This document shows positions 18,427-30,004 of a stretch of 64,000 nt of DNA, in pieces; positions within the stretch are counted from its first letter, which is position 1; the number at the start of each line of letters is the position of its first letter. Location of the stretch: positions 1-64,000 of the IMG/VR virus record IMGVR_UViG_3300036821_000136, one strand, 5' to 3'. The DNA comes from a virus. Taxonomy: Duplodnaviria > Caudoviricetes. The notes beneath the pieces were generated by a model. It was not told the origin of the DNA, searched no databases, and saw only the letters and a list, made by a program, of their open reading frames with translations. Made by a program: the position numbers and the translations under genes.

Positions 18427-20763
18427 TTACGGCCGGTTCCGGGCGGTCACCGTCAGCCACGTGCCCGCGATCTCGCCCGCCGGCAGCGGCGGGCGGCCCG
18501 GGCGGGCCAGCTCGTTGATCCAGCGGGCCAGGTCGCGGGCCAGCCCGCCGCCCGCGAAGATGCCGGTCTCGTCGCCGTAGCCGTGGGCGTAGAACCCGCC
18601 CCGTCCCGCGATCAGCGGGCGGCGCGGGCTCTGCGCCGCGACCAGCAGCCGCGGCGGCGGCCGGCCGCCCGCGGCCTCGGCGCCGGCGCGGCCCGCCCCG
18701 GTCACGCGGGTGATCCGGTCCGGCGGGGTCAGCGGCTCATCCGCCCGGCCGGCCGCGATCGTCACGTCGCCCAGCCGGAACCGGCCGGGCTGCAGCGCGG
18801 CGGCCAGGTGCCCGGCCAGGTCGACGGCCAGGAAATCGCCTGACCGGTGGCCGCGCGCCGCCCAGCAGCAGGCGCGGCCGTCGCACGCCGCGGCGAACAC
18901 CCGGTCACCGGGCAGCCAGTCCCGCGACGCGGCCGCCGCCGCCACCGCCGCGAGCGCGACCCCGGCCAGCCACGGCGTCACGAGTTCCACCACGACGCCG
19001 GCAGTGCCTTCCGCTCGGCCGCCGCCATCGCCCTGATCCCCGCGACGCAGCGGCCGCAGTACACCGCCAGCCGCGACCGCGCCCACGCCGCCTCGTCCAG
19101 CGGGCCCGGCGTCCACCCGGTCAGCGGGTCGACCCGCCGGCATGTCACCGTCTGCGGGTGGTAGTAGAACAGGGCGCCGCAGGTGTGGCAGCGGCCCAGC
19201 ACCGTCGCCGCGGGCGGCGGCGGGCAGCGGCGGCGGCGGGGGCCCTCCAAGGTGTCCAGCACCGCCGCCGCCGCGTCCAGCAGCCCGCCCAGCCGCTGCC
19301 GGAACCTCACGGGCTCACCGTGCCTTCCTCCCGGCCGGGCAGGACGTCGTGGTCATCCAGGGCCGGAAGTCGTCAGGCGGCGGGCCCTGCTGCCAGTGCA
19401 GCGCGAAGCCGCCCCAGCCGCCGGGCACCGGCGGCGGGTACCAGGGCGCGGGCGGCGCCGCCCGCGTGCCCGGCCCGCGCCGGGTCAGGCGCAGCATCAG
19501 CCGGGCGACACCCCGCCCGATCCCGGGCGGCCCGATGGTGACGGCGGTCACGGCGCGCCGCCGTGCACGTGCCGCGTCGGCAGCGGGTCCAGGTGCCAGG
19601 TGTTCCCGCCCGGCTCGCGGTGCAGCACGCCCGGGACGCCGAGCGGGCCCGGGCCGAGGTCGGCGGACAGCAGCCCCGCCTCGGCCCATTCCAGCAGCTG
19701 GGCCATCACCTCGCCGTGCCCCGCCTCGCTGGCGTGCCGGCCGCACAGCACCGCCAGCATCCGCCCGTGGTGCGGCCCGCCGGCCGCGACCAGGTGCCCG
19801 GTCGCCGGGGTCAGCTCCGGGCCGGTGCACACCATGCACGCCCAGCCCGCGCCGTCGACCTGCTCGCAGCGGGCCGAGAACACCAGCTCCAGCCCCGTCC
19901 CGCGGCCGGTCACGGCGGTGCCCCGTCCGGCCAGCGGATCGACAGCCAGCCGAGCGCATGACCGGCGACGGCGGCGGCCGGCGAGTCGCTGACCCGCAGC
20001 TCCCAGCTGCCGCGCGGCAGCGTCGCGGTCAGCAGCGACAGCCCGCCCGGCAGCGGCGGCGCGCCGTCCGGGCGGGTCTCCGCCAGCTCGGCGGCGACGT
20101 CCGGCCCGCACGCCAGGGTGTCGGGCAGCGGGCTGCGCAGCAGCCCCGCGTCGTCGAGCACCCCGAGCGCCGCCACCACCGCCGTCAGGTCCGCGTAGCT
20201 GGTCACCGGGCACCGCCCCTGGCGATCTCGGCGGCCTTGACGTGCATCGCGAGCAGCGCGGCGGGCACCGGGGCCAGCGGCGCGGCGGCGGCGGCGCGGT
20301 GCCCGGCCTCGAATACCTCGGCCCACTGGGCGGCGGTCACCGGTCCTCACCGCCGTCCTCGGCGATCGGGGCGGTCACCACGTAGCCGGGCTGCAGCGCG
20401 GCGGCCTGCGCGTAGCCGGTGGCGGTCGCGCGGGCCACCTGCCAGGCGCTGATCGCCTCGTGCAGCGGGTCGGCGGCGGCCAGGTACCAGGCCGGGTCCA
20501 CCTCCTCGCTCAGCATGCCGGCCAGCCGGGCGGCCTCGGTCTCGTCGCCGACCACGTAGACGGCGCGGGGCCGGTAGTGCTCCCGGGCGGCGTTCATCGC
20601 GGCGGTCCAGGTGTGCCCCATCACGCGGGCGGCGGCGTCCCGGTCCTGCGGCCAGCCGATCCCGGCCTGCTCGGCGATCACCGCCCGGGCGACCTCGGTC
20701 AGCGGCGGCGGCGCCGATCCCGGCTGGTCCCCGCCGGCCAGGATCACCACGTAGCCGGTCACT
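18427..20763 (-). other. Run of small coupled hypothetical ORFs, several with CxxC motifs
   Basis: ORFs 18427-18981, 18978-19310 and others linked by start/stop overlaps. Confidence 0.5.
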
Positions 20764-22591
20764 GCTCGTCCCCGGCGTAGTTGGCCGAGGCGTCGGCCTG
20801 GTAGTCCTCGTCGCCCGGCCACGCGCCCTCGCCCAGCTCGCCCGCATCGTCGTCGCCCTGGCCGCCGGCGTCGTCCTGGCCGTCGCCCGCGCCGTCGTCG
20901 TCGCCGGGCAGGTGCACGGTTTCCTCGCCCCGGATCGCGTCCCGGCTGGCCGCCTCGGCGTCGTCCTCGGGGGGCACCACGGCCAGCGCGGCGACCATCG
21001 CCTCCAGCTCCGACAGCGGGTAGCCGCAGTGGTCGTGCAGGAACGCCAGGTAGCGGCCGGTGCGGTCCGGCCGGTACCACCGCGACGCGGACTCGGCCTG
21101 CCGCCAGGTGTGCACGTCGCGGGCGCCGTGCTCGTCGGCGCCCAGGCACATCGCCAGCTCGATCACCCGCCGCCGCGCCGGGCTCGCCTTGTAGATCGCC
21201 GCCAGCATCTGGTCGCGGCTGCCGTAGCCCGCCTCGTCGCCGCCGGTCAGGCCGAGCAGCTGCGCGGCGATCTTGTGGCCCTCGCCCATCGTCTGCGGCT
21301 CGGTCTCGCTGCGGGCGATCGCCTGCGCGCGGAACCACGCGGCCGGGTCCTCCAGCGCCTTGCCCAGCGACTTGCGGGACAGCAGCTCCTTCAGGAACGC
21401 GGTGCGGGTCTCGTTGGCTGACCGCCAGTCCCGGTTCTTGCGCAGCAGCGCCCGCCGTTCCTCGGTCGCCGCCAGCGCGGCGGCGCTGCCCGGCTCCGGC
21501 TTGGCGTCGCCGGTGCTGCGGCCGCTGCGCATCGTGTGCCCCTGGGCGCCGGGGTCGGTGCACCAGTGGTGGTCGACGCGCCACGTCTGCCCGTAGCCGG
21601 CGGCCTCCTGCTCGGCGTTGGAACTGAACTCGCACTCGTCGTCGGGGCCGAGGTCGTGGGCGGCCCGGTAGGCGGCCTCCGCCTCCGGGTCGCGCCAGCC
21701 CCAGTCGGCGCTGATGCTGACCGCGCGGCCCGGGCACGCCGCGTGCGCCTCGGGCGTGATCTCGTTCCCGTCGCCGTCGAGCAGGTTCGACACGTGCCAC
21801 CAGCCGGTCGCGTACGACCGGTCGGTGACCTGGTAGCCCGCTTCCTCGAGCTGGGCGACCAGCGCCGCCCGCTGGGTCCGGGCGGTGCGGGAGTCGCGCA
21901 TCTGCTGGGCGACGTGCTCGAACTGGGCGGGGTCGTCGCGGGCGACGGCGACCACCGCGGCGGCGGCCTCCGCGTCGTTGGCCTCGTCGAACTCGGCCAT
22001 GATGGCGGCCTGCGGCAGGGTCAGCTCGTAGCGGTCGGCGGCCGCGGCCGCGAACTTGGATCCGGCGACCGCCTTGGCGGCGTCGACCTCCGGGCGGGAC
22101 AGGCCCGTCCGCTTGACGATCTGCGCGGGGGTCACCTTCAGGTCGAACAGCATGGCGACGGCGGCGGCTTCCTCGGCCACGTCGTAGCCCTGCCGGTGCC
22201 GGTTCTCGGTGATCTGGCTGGTGAGCTGGTCGGCCAGCGCCGCCTTGGTGGTGCCCTCCGGGCCGGCGATGTAGCCGAGCACCGCCACCCCGGCGCGGTG
22301 GCAGCCGATCGTGCGGCGGCTGCCCAGCAGCACCGCCAGCGACCCGTCGTCGCGGGTCACCAGCACGACCGGGGTGTGGTTGCCGCAGCGGGCGATGCCG
22401 CCGGGCTGGTCCGGGTCGTGCCCGTGCCGCGTGACCAGCGGGGCGGTCTTGGCGTGCTCGGCGAGCTGCGCGACAAACTCGGCGCCGACGGTCGCCTCGG
22501 CGTCGATGCGGCGGCTGATGTCCAGCAGCAGCGTGTCGGGGTCGAACGCCTCCAGCACGAGGGCGGCGGCGGTGGCGGGTTGTGCGGTCAT
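20759..22591 (-). CDS. Large ParB/RepB/Spo0J-like protein (ParB-N + HTH + long C-terminal region)
   Basis: PVVLV...LAVLLGSRR, QITENRHRQG...EEA, HTH TPAQIVKRTGLSRPEV, LTLPQAA; preceded by the CTGAAGGAGAGAC start sequence. Confidence 0.8.
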   Translation of the reverse strand: MTAQPATAAALVLEAFDPDTLLLDISRRIDAEATVGAEFVAQLAEHAKTAPLVTRHGHDPDQPGGIARCGNHTPVVLVTRDDGSLAVLLGSRRTIGCHRAGVAVLGYIAGPEGTTKAALADQLTSQITENRHRQGYDVAEEAAAVAMLFDLKVTPAQIVKRTGLSRPEVDAAKAVAGSKFAAAAADRYELTLPQAAIMAEFDEANDAEAAAAVVAVARDDPAQFEHVAQQMRDSRTARTQRAALVAQLEEAGYQVTDRSYATGWWHVSNLLDGDGNEITPEAHAACPGRAVSISADWGWRDPEAEAAYRAAHDLGPDDECEFSSNAEQEAAGYGQTWRVDHHWCTDPGAQGHTMRSGRSTGDAKPEPGSAAALAATEERRALLRKNRDWRSANETRTAFLKELLSRKSLGKALEDPAAWFRAQAIARSETEPQTMGEGHKIAAQLLGLTGGDEAGYGSRDQMLAAIYKASPARRRVIELAMCLGADEHGARDVHTWRQAESASRWYRPDRTGRYLAFLHDHCGYPLSELEAMVAALAVVPPEDDAEAASRDAIRGEETVHLPGDDDGAGDGQDDAGGQGDDDAGELGEGAWPGDEDYQADASANYAGDEQ

Positions 22592-22610
22592 GGTCTCTCC
22601 TTCAGGTTGG

Positions 22611-23684
22611 TTACTCGGTCGGATCGGTTATCTGGTCATCATCGAACAGGGTGGCCGCCTCGTCGCTCATTTTGCCGAGGTCGGACAGGTCGGGGCGCAG
22701 CACCAGCGCCTTGCGCAGGAACTCCTTGCGGCGCGGTCGCGCGTCGAGCGGTTCGGGCAGGTCGAACAGGGTGCCGTCGCCGGGCAGTTCCACGTCGGCG
22801 ACGGGCGGCGGCGCGGCGGGCAGCGCCGGCGGGGCCGGGTCGGCGGCGGCCGACACCATCCGGTCAGCCTGCCGCAGCAGCGCCAGCATCGTGGCGTCCT
22901 TCCACAGCTCCCGGGCGTGCTCGATCGCGCCCGTCTGCGCCTGCCACGCGCGGGCCTGCCAGTCCGGCTCGGCGAGGGTGTCGGCGACGCCGATGATTAC
23001 GTTGGGGCCCAGCCCCCACACGTGGCAGTTGACCGCCAGCCCGGCGACGACCTGCGGGCTGATGTCGTTGACGACCCAGACGAACTCGGCCGGGTCGCGG
23101 CCCGCCTCGCGGATCACCTGCGCGGCGGCGCGCACCATCCCGCCGGTGCCGGCGGCCGGCTCGGCGATCGACGCGCCCGGCGGCAGGTCCTTGCAGTCGC
23201 CGAGGATCATCTGCGCCATCAGGTAGCACAGCTGCTCGGGGCTGTAGAACTCGCCGCGGGCGCCGCGCGCCGCCTTCGGCCGCATCGTGGTGTAGGCGTG
23301 GCCGAGCAGGTCGACGTCGGCCAGGTGCCCGTCGCTGACCAGCTGCCCCAGCCCGGCCTTGGCGGCGGCGCGGACGGTCGCCGCGACCGCCCGGGCGGTG
23401 CCGTCGTCGACCTGCTCGGCGTTCATCCAGCTCGCCAGCGGGCCGCACAGGTTGTACAGGTCGGGGCGCTGCAGGTAGAACCACGACCACATGGCGGTGA
23501 CGTCGTAGACGATCTGCCGGTCGGTGCCCGCCAGCAGCTTGGCGGCGTCGATCTTGTCGGCGAACATGAACGCGGCCAGCGCCGCCATCGGCGTGCACGT
23601 GTCGCCCGACCCCTGCCGGGAGAACCAGGCGTCATAGGCGCGCTCGCAGATCCTGACGGCGGCCGAGTGGGCGCTGTAGCTCAA
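22611..23684 (-). CDS. N-6 DNA methylase-like protein (HsdM-type SAM-binding region, no NPPY/F motif seen)
   Basis: DLLGHAY, GEFYSP..LCYLMA, EPAAGTGGM, NDIS, GVADTL; TTG 23684 overlaps the upstream stop. Confidence 0.75.
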   Translation of the reverse strand: MSYSAHSAAVRICERAYDAWFSRQGSGDTCTPMAALAAFMFADKIDAAKLLAGTDRQIVYDVTAMWSWFYLQRPDLYNLCGPLASWMNAEQVDDGTARAVAATVRAAAKAGLGQLVSDGHLADVDLLGHAYTTMRPKAARGARGEFYSPEQLCYLMAQMILGDCKDLPPGASIAEPAAGTGGMVRAAAQVIREAGRDPAEFVWVVNDISPQVVAGLAVNCHVWGLGPNVIIGVADTLAEPDWQARAWQAQTGAIEHARELWKDATMLALLRQADRMVSAAADPAPPALPAAPPPVADVELPGDGTLFDLPEPLDARPRRKEFLRKALVLRPDLSDLGKMSDEAATLFDDDQITDPTE

Positions 23685-26192
23685 GCTTCCTCGCAGTTGA
23701 TCTTGTGGCCGATGGTGCCGTACTTGTAGCCGCAGGCGCGGTGCACCTGCCCCGCCCGGGGATCCGGCGGCGGCGGCGCCGGGCTGGTCACGGCCGGCAC
23801 CGGCGGCGGCCCGGCGGCGCGGGCAGGTTCCGGGTCGGGCTCGGTCTCCGGTTCGGTCGCCGGTTCGGTCTCCGGCTCGGCGGCGGGCGGTTCCGGCGCG
23901 GGCGGCGGCGGGGGCGGGGTCCGCAGGCGTCCAACCGGGACCACCGGCACGGGCGGTACCGGCGGCTGCTCCGCCAGCCGGGGGTCGGCCAGCCGCGGGT
24001 CGCCGGGCAGGATCAGCACGTCGCCGGGCGCCAGGAACACGTAGCGCAGCTCGGCGCCCGCCGGCGCGAAACCGCGCGGCACGGCCAGCCACGCGCGGCC
24101 GTCGTCCGGGTTCAGGCCGGGGCACGGGGTCACGTCGCACGGGATCACGGTCACGGCCATCGGCGCGCCCGCCCGGCCGGTCGCCGCGCGCAGCGTCACC
24201 CCGCCCGGCGGGTTGCCCCGGTATTCGTACTCGTGCAGCGGCGTCGACCACGCCGCCGGGTTGTCCGGCGGGACCCGCCCGGCGGCGTCGGCGGTGCCCG
24301 CCGCGCCGGGATGGTCGGCGTGCTTGCCGCGGGTGTCGAACTGTCTGGTGTGTGCCATGTCAGGTCTCCAGGTTTCAGGGTTGGTCAACGGAGGGGCACA
24401 GTACCGCCTGCCGCCAGCCGAGCTCAGTGCGGGCGGCCAGGGCGACCCGGTCGGCTGCGGCGGCCAGCGCGGCGAGCTGATCGTCGTCGAGCGGGGCGAC
24501 GGCGGCGGGCCAGTGCCCGTCGCCGGCCAGGGCGTGCCGCAGGGCGCGGGCGCCGGCGGCGGCGGTCACGCTGATCGCCGCCCACCGCCAGGGGCCGGGG
24601 TCACGGTCGCGCCAGCGGCGGGCCCGGCCCTCCTTCTCGGCGGTGCGCAGGATCAGCAGGATCCGGTGCCGGTCCTTGCCGGTGGCGGCGGCGATCGCCG
24701 GGGTGGTGGCGCCGGGGTGGTCGCGGAGCCAGCCGAGCACCTCGGCCCACCCGGCGATCCGGTCGGCGCCGGACACGGTCACGAGTCACCGCCCAGCGGC
24801 GGGATCACGGCGGCGTCCGGGCGCGGCGCGGTCGCCTTGCGGCCGGCGGCGGTGGCCCAGTAGACCTCGGTGCCCAGCAGCGCCTCACCGAACCGGTCGA
24901 AGCCGTCCAGCACCTTGGCGACCGCCTCGTCGACCGCCGCGGCGATCGTCGCCTCCAGGACGGTCAGCCGCGCGGTGACCTCGGCCTGGATCCGGTCGGC
25001 GACCGGCCCGGCCAGTTGCGCGGCGGCCTCGGCCCTGGCCTCGCGGGTCGCGGCGATCAGGTCGCGGCGGGTGCCGTGCGCGTCGCGGATCGTCTCGCGC
25101 AGCTCGGCGATCGCGGCGGCCGCCGCGTCGGCGGGATCCTTCGGCGGCGGGGTCATGGTGTTCCTTCCTCGGGCAGGGGCAGTACCACGGTCGGCGGGTC
25201 GCCGTCGTCGGCGGGGTCGCCGGTGCTGGCGGCCCACGGGGTCGGCAGCGGCACCCCGGTCGACATGAGCGCGTTGAGCAGCAGCCACGCCTCGGCCATG
25301 TCGGTGGCGGCGGCGTCGGCGCCGCCACCGGAGCCGATGATCACCGCCGCGCACGCGGTGATGGCGGCGTGCAGGTCGTCGGGTGACGGGGCGGTCAGCC
25401 GGTGGATGTCCCGTTCGGTGATGGCGACGGCGTCGGCGGCGAGCAGCACCCGGCGGCCGTCGGCGGTCTCGATCATCACCGCCGGGCCGGCGCTGTAGGC
25501 GACCAGCGTCCCGGTCCAGGCGCTGGCCTGGCCGGGCAGCCGCACGGCGACCGGCGCGGCGCGGGCGATCAGGTCCTCGATGCGCGCGGGCACGGTCTGG
25601 TCAGTGCTCATCGGAGGTCAGCTCCGCATCGGTGATCGGATCGCCGTTGATCGCGGCCAGGATCAGGCGGGCGGCGCGGGTGTCGCCGGCGAGGGCGAGC
25701 CGGTGCGCCAGCTCGGCGCAGCGGGTCAGCGCCTCGTTGGCGGTCGTGGCGCGGCCGAGGGCGGCGGCCGTCCGCTCGGCCAGGGCGGTGATGCGGCGGG
25801 ACACGTCGCGCCGGTCGGGCGGCGGCTGCTGGTGGCTAGCGACCATCGGGCACCTCCAGCCAGCAGCCGGCGGTCAGCCCGCCGGTCACGTCGGGCACGT
25901 CGGGGCCGGCCAGCGCGGCGAGGATCAGCGCGGCGGCGTCGCCGGGCGGCAGCGTGCCGCCGGGGTAGTCGGCGGCGGCCTCCGTCAGCCGGGCGGCCAG
26001 CACCGCGGCGCGGGCAACCGCGCCGTACACGGCGGCGGCGTCGTCGGCGGCCTGCCCGGCTGCCTTCAGCTGGGCGGCGCGGCGGGCGAGCAGGTCACGC
26101 AGCCCGGGCGCCTGCTCGCCGAGCACCAGCAGCGCGGCCAGGTGGCCGAGGCCGGCCTGCTCGGCCAGCGGGTGAGAGCCGGCGGGGGTCAT
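23681..26192 (-). other. Coupled small hypothetical ORFs including a winged-HTH protein (24375-24782)
   Basis: VLGWLRDHPGATTPAIAAATGKDRHRILLIL...EKEGRA wHTH pattern; overlapping starts and stops. Confidence 0.55.
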
Positions 26193-27406
26193 GACAGCAG
26201 CTCCGCCACGGCGGCGGCGGAGGCCGCGACACCGGCGAACGTCGGGTCGCCGGCCAGGGCGGTGAGCCAGGCCAGCACGTCGCCGCGGGTCAGCGTCCAG
26301 AAACCGTGCAGCCCGGCGAGCACGTCGCGGGCGTAGCCGATGTACGGCAGGTCGCGGATCCCGTCCTGACAGTCGCCGCAGGCGTAGTCGGCGGCCCCCT
26401 CGCCGTCGCCGTCGGGCACGGCGACGGTCGTGGTGCCGTGGCAGGACAGGCAGGCGGCCAGCGGGCCGAGGGCGGCGGTCAGCAGCGACCGGGCGAGCGC
26501 GGCGGGCGCCGACCCGGGCGGGTAGCCCCAGCCGAACCCGTCGGGTGACTTGAACAGGCCGGTATTGGCCAGCTCGGCGAGGAACCGGCCGTCCGGGGTG
26601 GTGATCGACACGATGCCGTCATCGGGCGTGGCGCCGGGGTGGGAGCTGAACACGACGGCGGGGTTGGCGATGATCAGGGCGGCCTGCGGGCCGAGCGCGG
26701 CGGCGACCTGCTCGGCCTGCCGTTCGGTGATCGACCGGCGCCGCTGGCTCAGCGGCGGCGGCGGCACCGGGGCGGTCGCGGTCGGGGTGAGGTTGAGGCA
26801 GACGCCGATCTCGTCGACCCAGAACCCGTCGGGGTTGGCGACGGCGGCCAGCGCGGCGGTGTCCAGGTCGACGTGGATCCCGTCGCCGTTGTGCTCGACG
26901 CGGGCGAGCCACCAGCGGCCCGGGTCGCGCTGGTACGGGGTCATGTCCTCGCGGTCGGTGTTCCGGTCGGCGACCTGGGCGACCAGCCCGCGCGGGCTGT
27001 AGGCGACGTCGATCCAGGCGGTCAGGACCTCGCCGGTGTAGGGGTCGGCGGCCAGCAGCAGCAGCGGCCGCTCGCGCAGCCCGCCGGGGCGGGCGATCGG
27101 GGTGTCGGTGGCGATCAGCGCCAGCGCGGCGCGGTCGTCGCCGCCGGTGAGCTCCAGCGCGTCGGTCCACTGGTGGAAGCCGCACAGCAGGTAGGGCGGA
27201 ACGGCGCCGCCGGGGTGGCGGACGGCGACGGCGACGGTCGGGTCGGGCTCGCACTGCGGGTGCTGGCAGCCTGATGGCGGGCTGGTCATGGCGATCAGGC
27301 CGCAGCGGTCGGGGCTGCAGTCGGCGAGCGGGTGCCCGCCGGGGTCGGCGGTCAGGCCGCCGTCGTGGTGGCGGTCGCCGATGATTTCGGTGTCGGTGCT
27401 GGTCAT
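26189..27406 (-). CDS. Multi-domain hypothetical protein with C-terminal DUF6166-like domain
   Basis: SPDGFGWGY..SAPAALARSLL...WTLTRGDVLAWL. Confidence 0.55.
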   Translation of the reverse strand: MTSTDTEIIGDRHHDGGLTADPGGHPLADCSPDRCGLIAMTSPPSGCQHPQCEPDPTVAVAVRHPGGAVPPYLLCGFHQWTDALELTGGDDRAALALIATDTPIARPGGLRERPLLLLAADPYTGEVLTAWIDVAYSPRGLVAQVADRNTDREDMTPYQRDPGRWWLARVEHNGDGIHVDLDTAALAAVANPDGFWVDEIGVCLNLTPTATAPVPPPPLSQRRRSITERQAEQVAAALGPQAALIIANPAVVFSSHPGATPDDGIVSITTPDGRFLAELANTGLFKSPDGFGWGYPPGSAPAALARSLLTAALGPLAACLSCHGTTTVAVPDGDGEGAADYACGDCQDGIRDLPYIGYARDVLAGLHGFWTLTRGDVLAWLTALAGDPTFAGVAASAAAVAELLS

Positions 27407-27423
27407 GGGTCTCTCCTTCAGCC

Positions 27424-27471
27424 GGTTGTCTGGTTTTTGTCTGGTTGTCTGGTTGTCAGGTTTTTGCCTGG
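27424..27471. repeat. Short tandem GGTT(TTT)GTCT repeats
   Basis: ggttgtct ggtttttgtct ggttgtct ggttgtca ggtttttgcct gg. Confidence 0.7.
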
Positions 27472-27800
27472 CGGCGGGGGGAGGTGCGGCCGCGCTGCGC
27501 GGCCTCGGCGGTCCAGCCGCGCGGCAGCCGGCGCGGCTGCCAGGCGTCGATGGTGGCCTGATACCACCACGGCGAGGGCGGCCCGTGGCGGCGCCGTGAG
27601 TGCCCGTCGGGCGCGGGCAGGTCCGACGGGCGGGACTTGCGGGCGCGGCGGCGGCTGGCGGCGTCGGAGTTGTAGCTCCACAGCGTGCGGCGGGCCAGGC
27701 CGGTGACGTCGGCGACGTCCTCGATGAACAGCTTGGCGCCGCGCTCGTCCTGGGCGGCCGGCGCGGGGCTGGTCACGGGGTCGGTGGTGGCGGTCGTCAT
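27456..27800 (-). CDS. AlpA/excisionase-like HTH protein
   Basis: LFIEDVADVTGLARRTLWSY...LPAPDG...PWWYQATIDAW; GAAAGGA RBS. Confidence 0.7.
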   Translation of the reverse strand: MTTATTDPVTSPAPAAQDERGAKLFIEDVADVTGLARRTLWSYNSDAASRRRARKSRPSDLPAPDGHSRRRHGPPSPWWYQATIDAWQPRRLPRGWTAEAAQRGRTSPRRQAKT

Positions 27801-27909
27801 GGCGGGTTTCCTTTCGGTCGGCGGCCGGGCCAGCCGGGCGCGGCGCGCGGTGATGCGGTGCAGGTCATGGGCGCGGTCTCTCTCCTTCGCCGTGGCGGGC
27901 CGGTCCCGC

Positions 27910-27936
27910 CGTGTTACATAAATATATACCATGCGG
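27910..27936 (-). promoter_or_regulatory. Divergent variant of the repeated promoter motif
   Basis: Minus strand CCGCATGGTATATATTTATGTAACACG. Confidence 0.45.
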
Positions 27937-28085
27937 GGTCGGGCGGGCCAGCGGGTCCGGGCGCGCCGGCCGGGCGCGGCGGGCCCGCGCCGCTAGGCTG
28001 GGTGATCCAGGCCGCCCGCCAGGGGGCTGCGCTGACCGGGGAAGTGGCCCACGTTCCCCTGGCGGGCGGCGGTGTGCGACGGTCC

Positions 28086-29972
28086 TCACCGGGACCGCCA
28101 GTCGAAGGTGCGGCCGCAGCCGCCGCAGCGGGCGGCGGGCGCCGGCTGGCTGCAGTAGCCGCACAGCCACGGCTCGCCGGGCCCGGGCCGCCACCGGACC
28201 TCCCACACCACGCGGCCCGTCCTGACGCCCTGCGCGACCGCGCACGGCGCGCACAGCGGCACGTCCACGGGCCCGTACGCCGAGTCGTAGTGCCGGGCGG
28301 TGACCGGCTGGAGCACCTCGCAGATACCGGGATCGCCGGGGTGGATCATGCCGCACAGGCAATGGCACGCGCGGCCCGTCACGGGAACCCCCCGGGCGGG
28401 TCCGGCCAGTCCAGCGCGGGCAGGTCCTCGATGCCGCCGCTGATCCGGTGCGCCGGGCACTCAGCGTCCCGGATCAGCGCGGCGCCGCACAGCGGGCACA
28501 GCCCCTCGGCCCGGCACGCTTCCGCGTGCGCCAGCCACCGGCGCAGCGCGGGCCGGTCCACCGGGACGCGCACCGGGCCGGGCACGCCGGCGTGGGCGGT
28601 GGCCGCCTGCAGGTCGGCGAGAGCCCGGCCGAGCAGGGACGCAGTCACCGGGTCACCATGGCGTCGCGGTAGGTCTTGATCACCGAGCGGACGGCGGGCA
28701 CCCCGTCGTAGCGGCGCTCGGCCTCGCCGCCGCGGATCAGGAACGCGCGCAGGATCACGCCGCGCTTGGCCGACACGTAGATGACGCCGAACAGGGCACC
28801 CGGGCCGCGGCCGTCGAGGACCACCGCGTAGCGGATCCCCGGCCGGTCGCGCTCGGCCGTGGGCGACATCCCGGCCTGCGCGGCGTAGGCGACGACCTGG
28901 CGGGTGACGGCGGTCGCGGCATAGCCGGACAGGATCCGGGCGGCGTCGACGGCGGCCTCGTCCGCGGCGGTCGGCAGCGGCTCGTCGGTGTCGCCGGGGC
29001 CCGCCGGGTCGAACAGCACCGAGTTGAACCCGTTGCGGGGGTTGTCGGCGGCGGCCAGCCACAGCCCGGTGCGGGAGTGGCCGACGTGCACGTCGATGAT
29101 GTCGTAGACGCGGCCGGGCACCAGGCGGCCGGCGGCGAGGTCCCGGTCCTGCGGGAAGCCCCAGCCGGGGTGAGCGTACCGGGCGCGGGTGGCGAACGCG
29201 ACGTCGGGGGCGGTCATGGTCTCTCCTTCAGCGGTAGGGCTGACCGCGCCGGCGGCCCCGTTGCGCATAGACCGGTCCCGCCGGATTCCTAGCGTGACAG
29301 CGGGGTCCGGGACGGGGCCGCCGGGCGGCGTTCATGGGTGTCTCCTTCAGCGGTACTGCGGGTGGGCGGTCGGCGTGATCCGCCACCAGTGCGGGGCGAT
29401 CGCCAGCACGGCGGCGACAAACGCCACCGCGGCGGCCTCGGCGTCGTCGCCGGTGAACAGGTAGGTGCTGTACTCGTTGCCGCCGCGGGTGCCGGACAGC
29501 GTTCCGCACTCGCGGGCCAGCGCGGGCACCGTCTCGAATATCAGCGCCGCCTCGGCGGGGTCCTCCAGCGGCCCGTGCGCGATCGACACCGGGTGGATCC
29601 CGGCGGCCGCCAGCTCGGCCTCGGCGACCGCCGACTGCCCGGCGAACAGCGCCTGCAGCTCGGCGGCGCGGCGGCGGGCGTCGGCCAGCCATTCCGGGTC
29701 GCCGGTCACAGCGCGGTCCGGTGCTCGTGCGCCCGCACGGTTGCCAGCGGGGCGGGGGAACCGTCGGTCCAGCTCATCACCAGCGCGCCGCCGGCTACCA
29801 CGTCGGCGCGCATGACGGCGCGGCCGTGGCCGAGCGGCTCGGCGTACCAGGCGATGAAGCTGCCGGGGTCGCCGTGGCCCGCCGGGCTACGGTCTCCGGT
29901 GGCGCCGGGGGCGGGCGGTGTCGTCGGGTGGGCGGGCGAACCGCGCCGGTCAGGGTCGCGCAGGTCGGTCAT
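28086..29972 (-). other. Small hypothetical ORFs, several preceded by the CTGAAGGAGAGAC start sequence
   Basis: Start-sequence copies at about 29215-29231, 29333-29350 and 29970-29988. Confidence 0.55.
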
Positions 29973-30004
29973 GGTGCTCTCTCCTTCAGCCGCTCCCATG
30001 ATAC

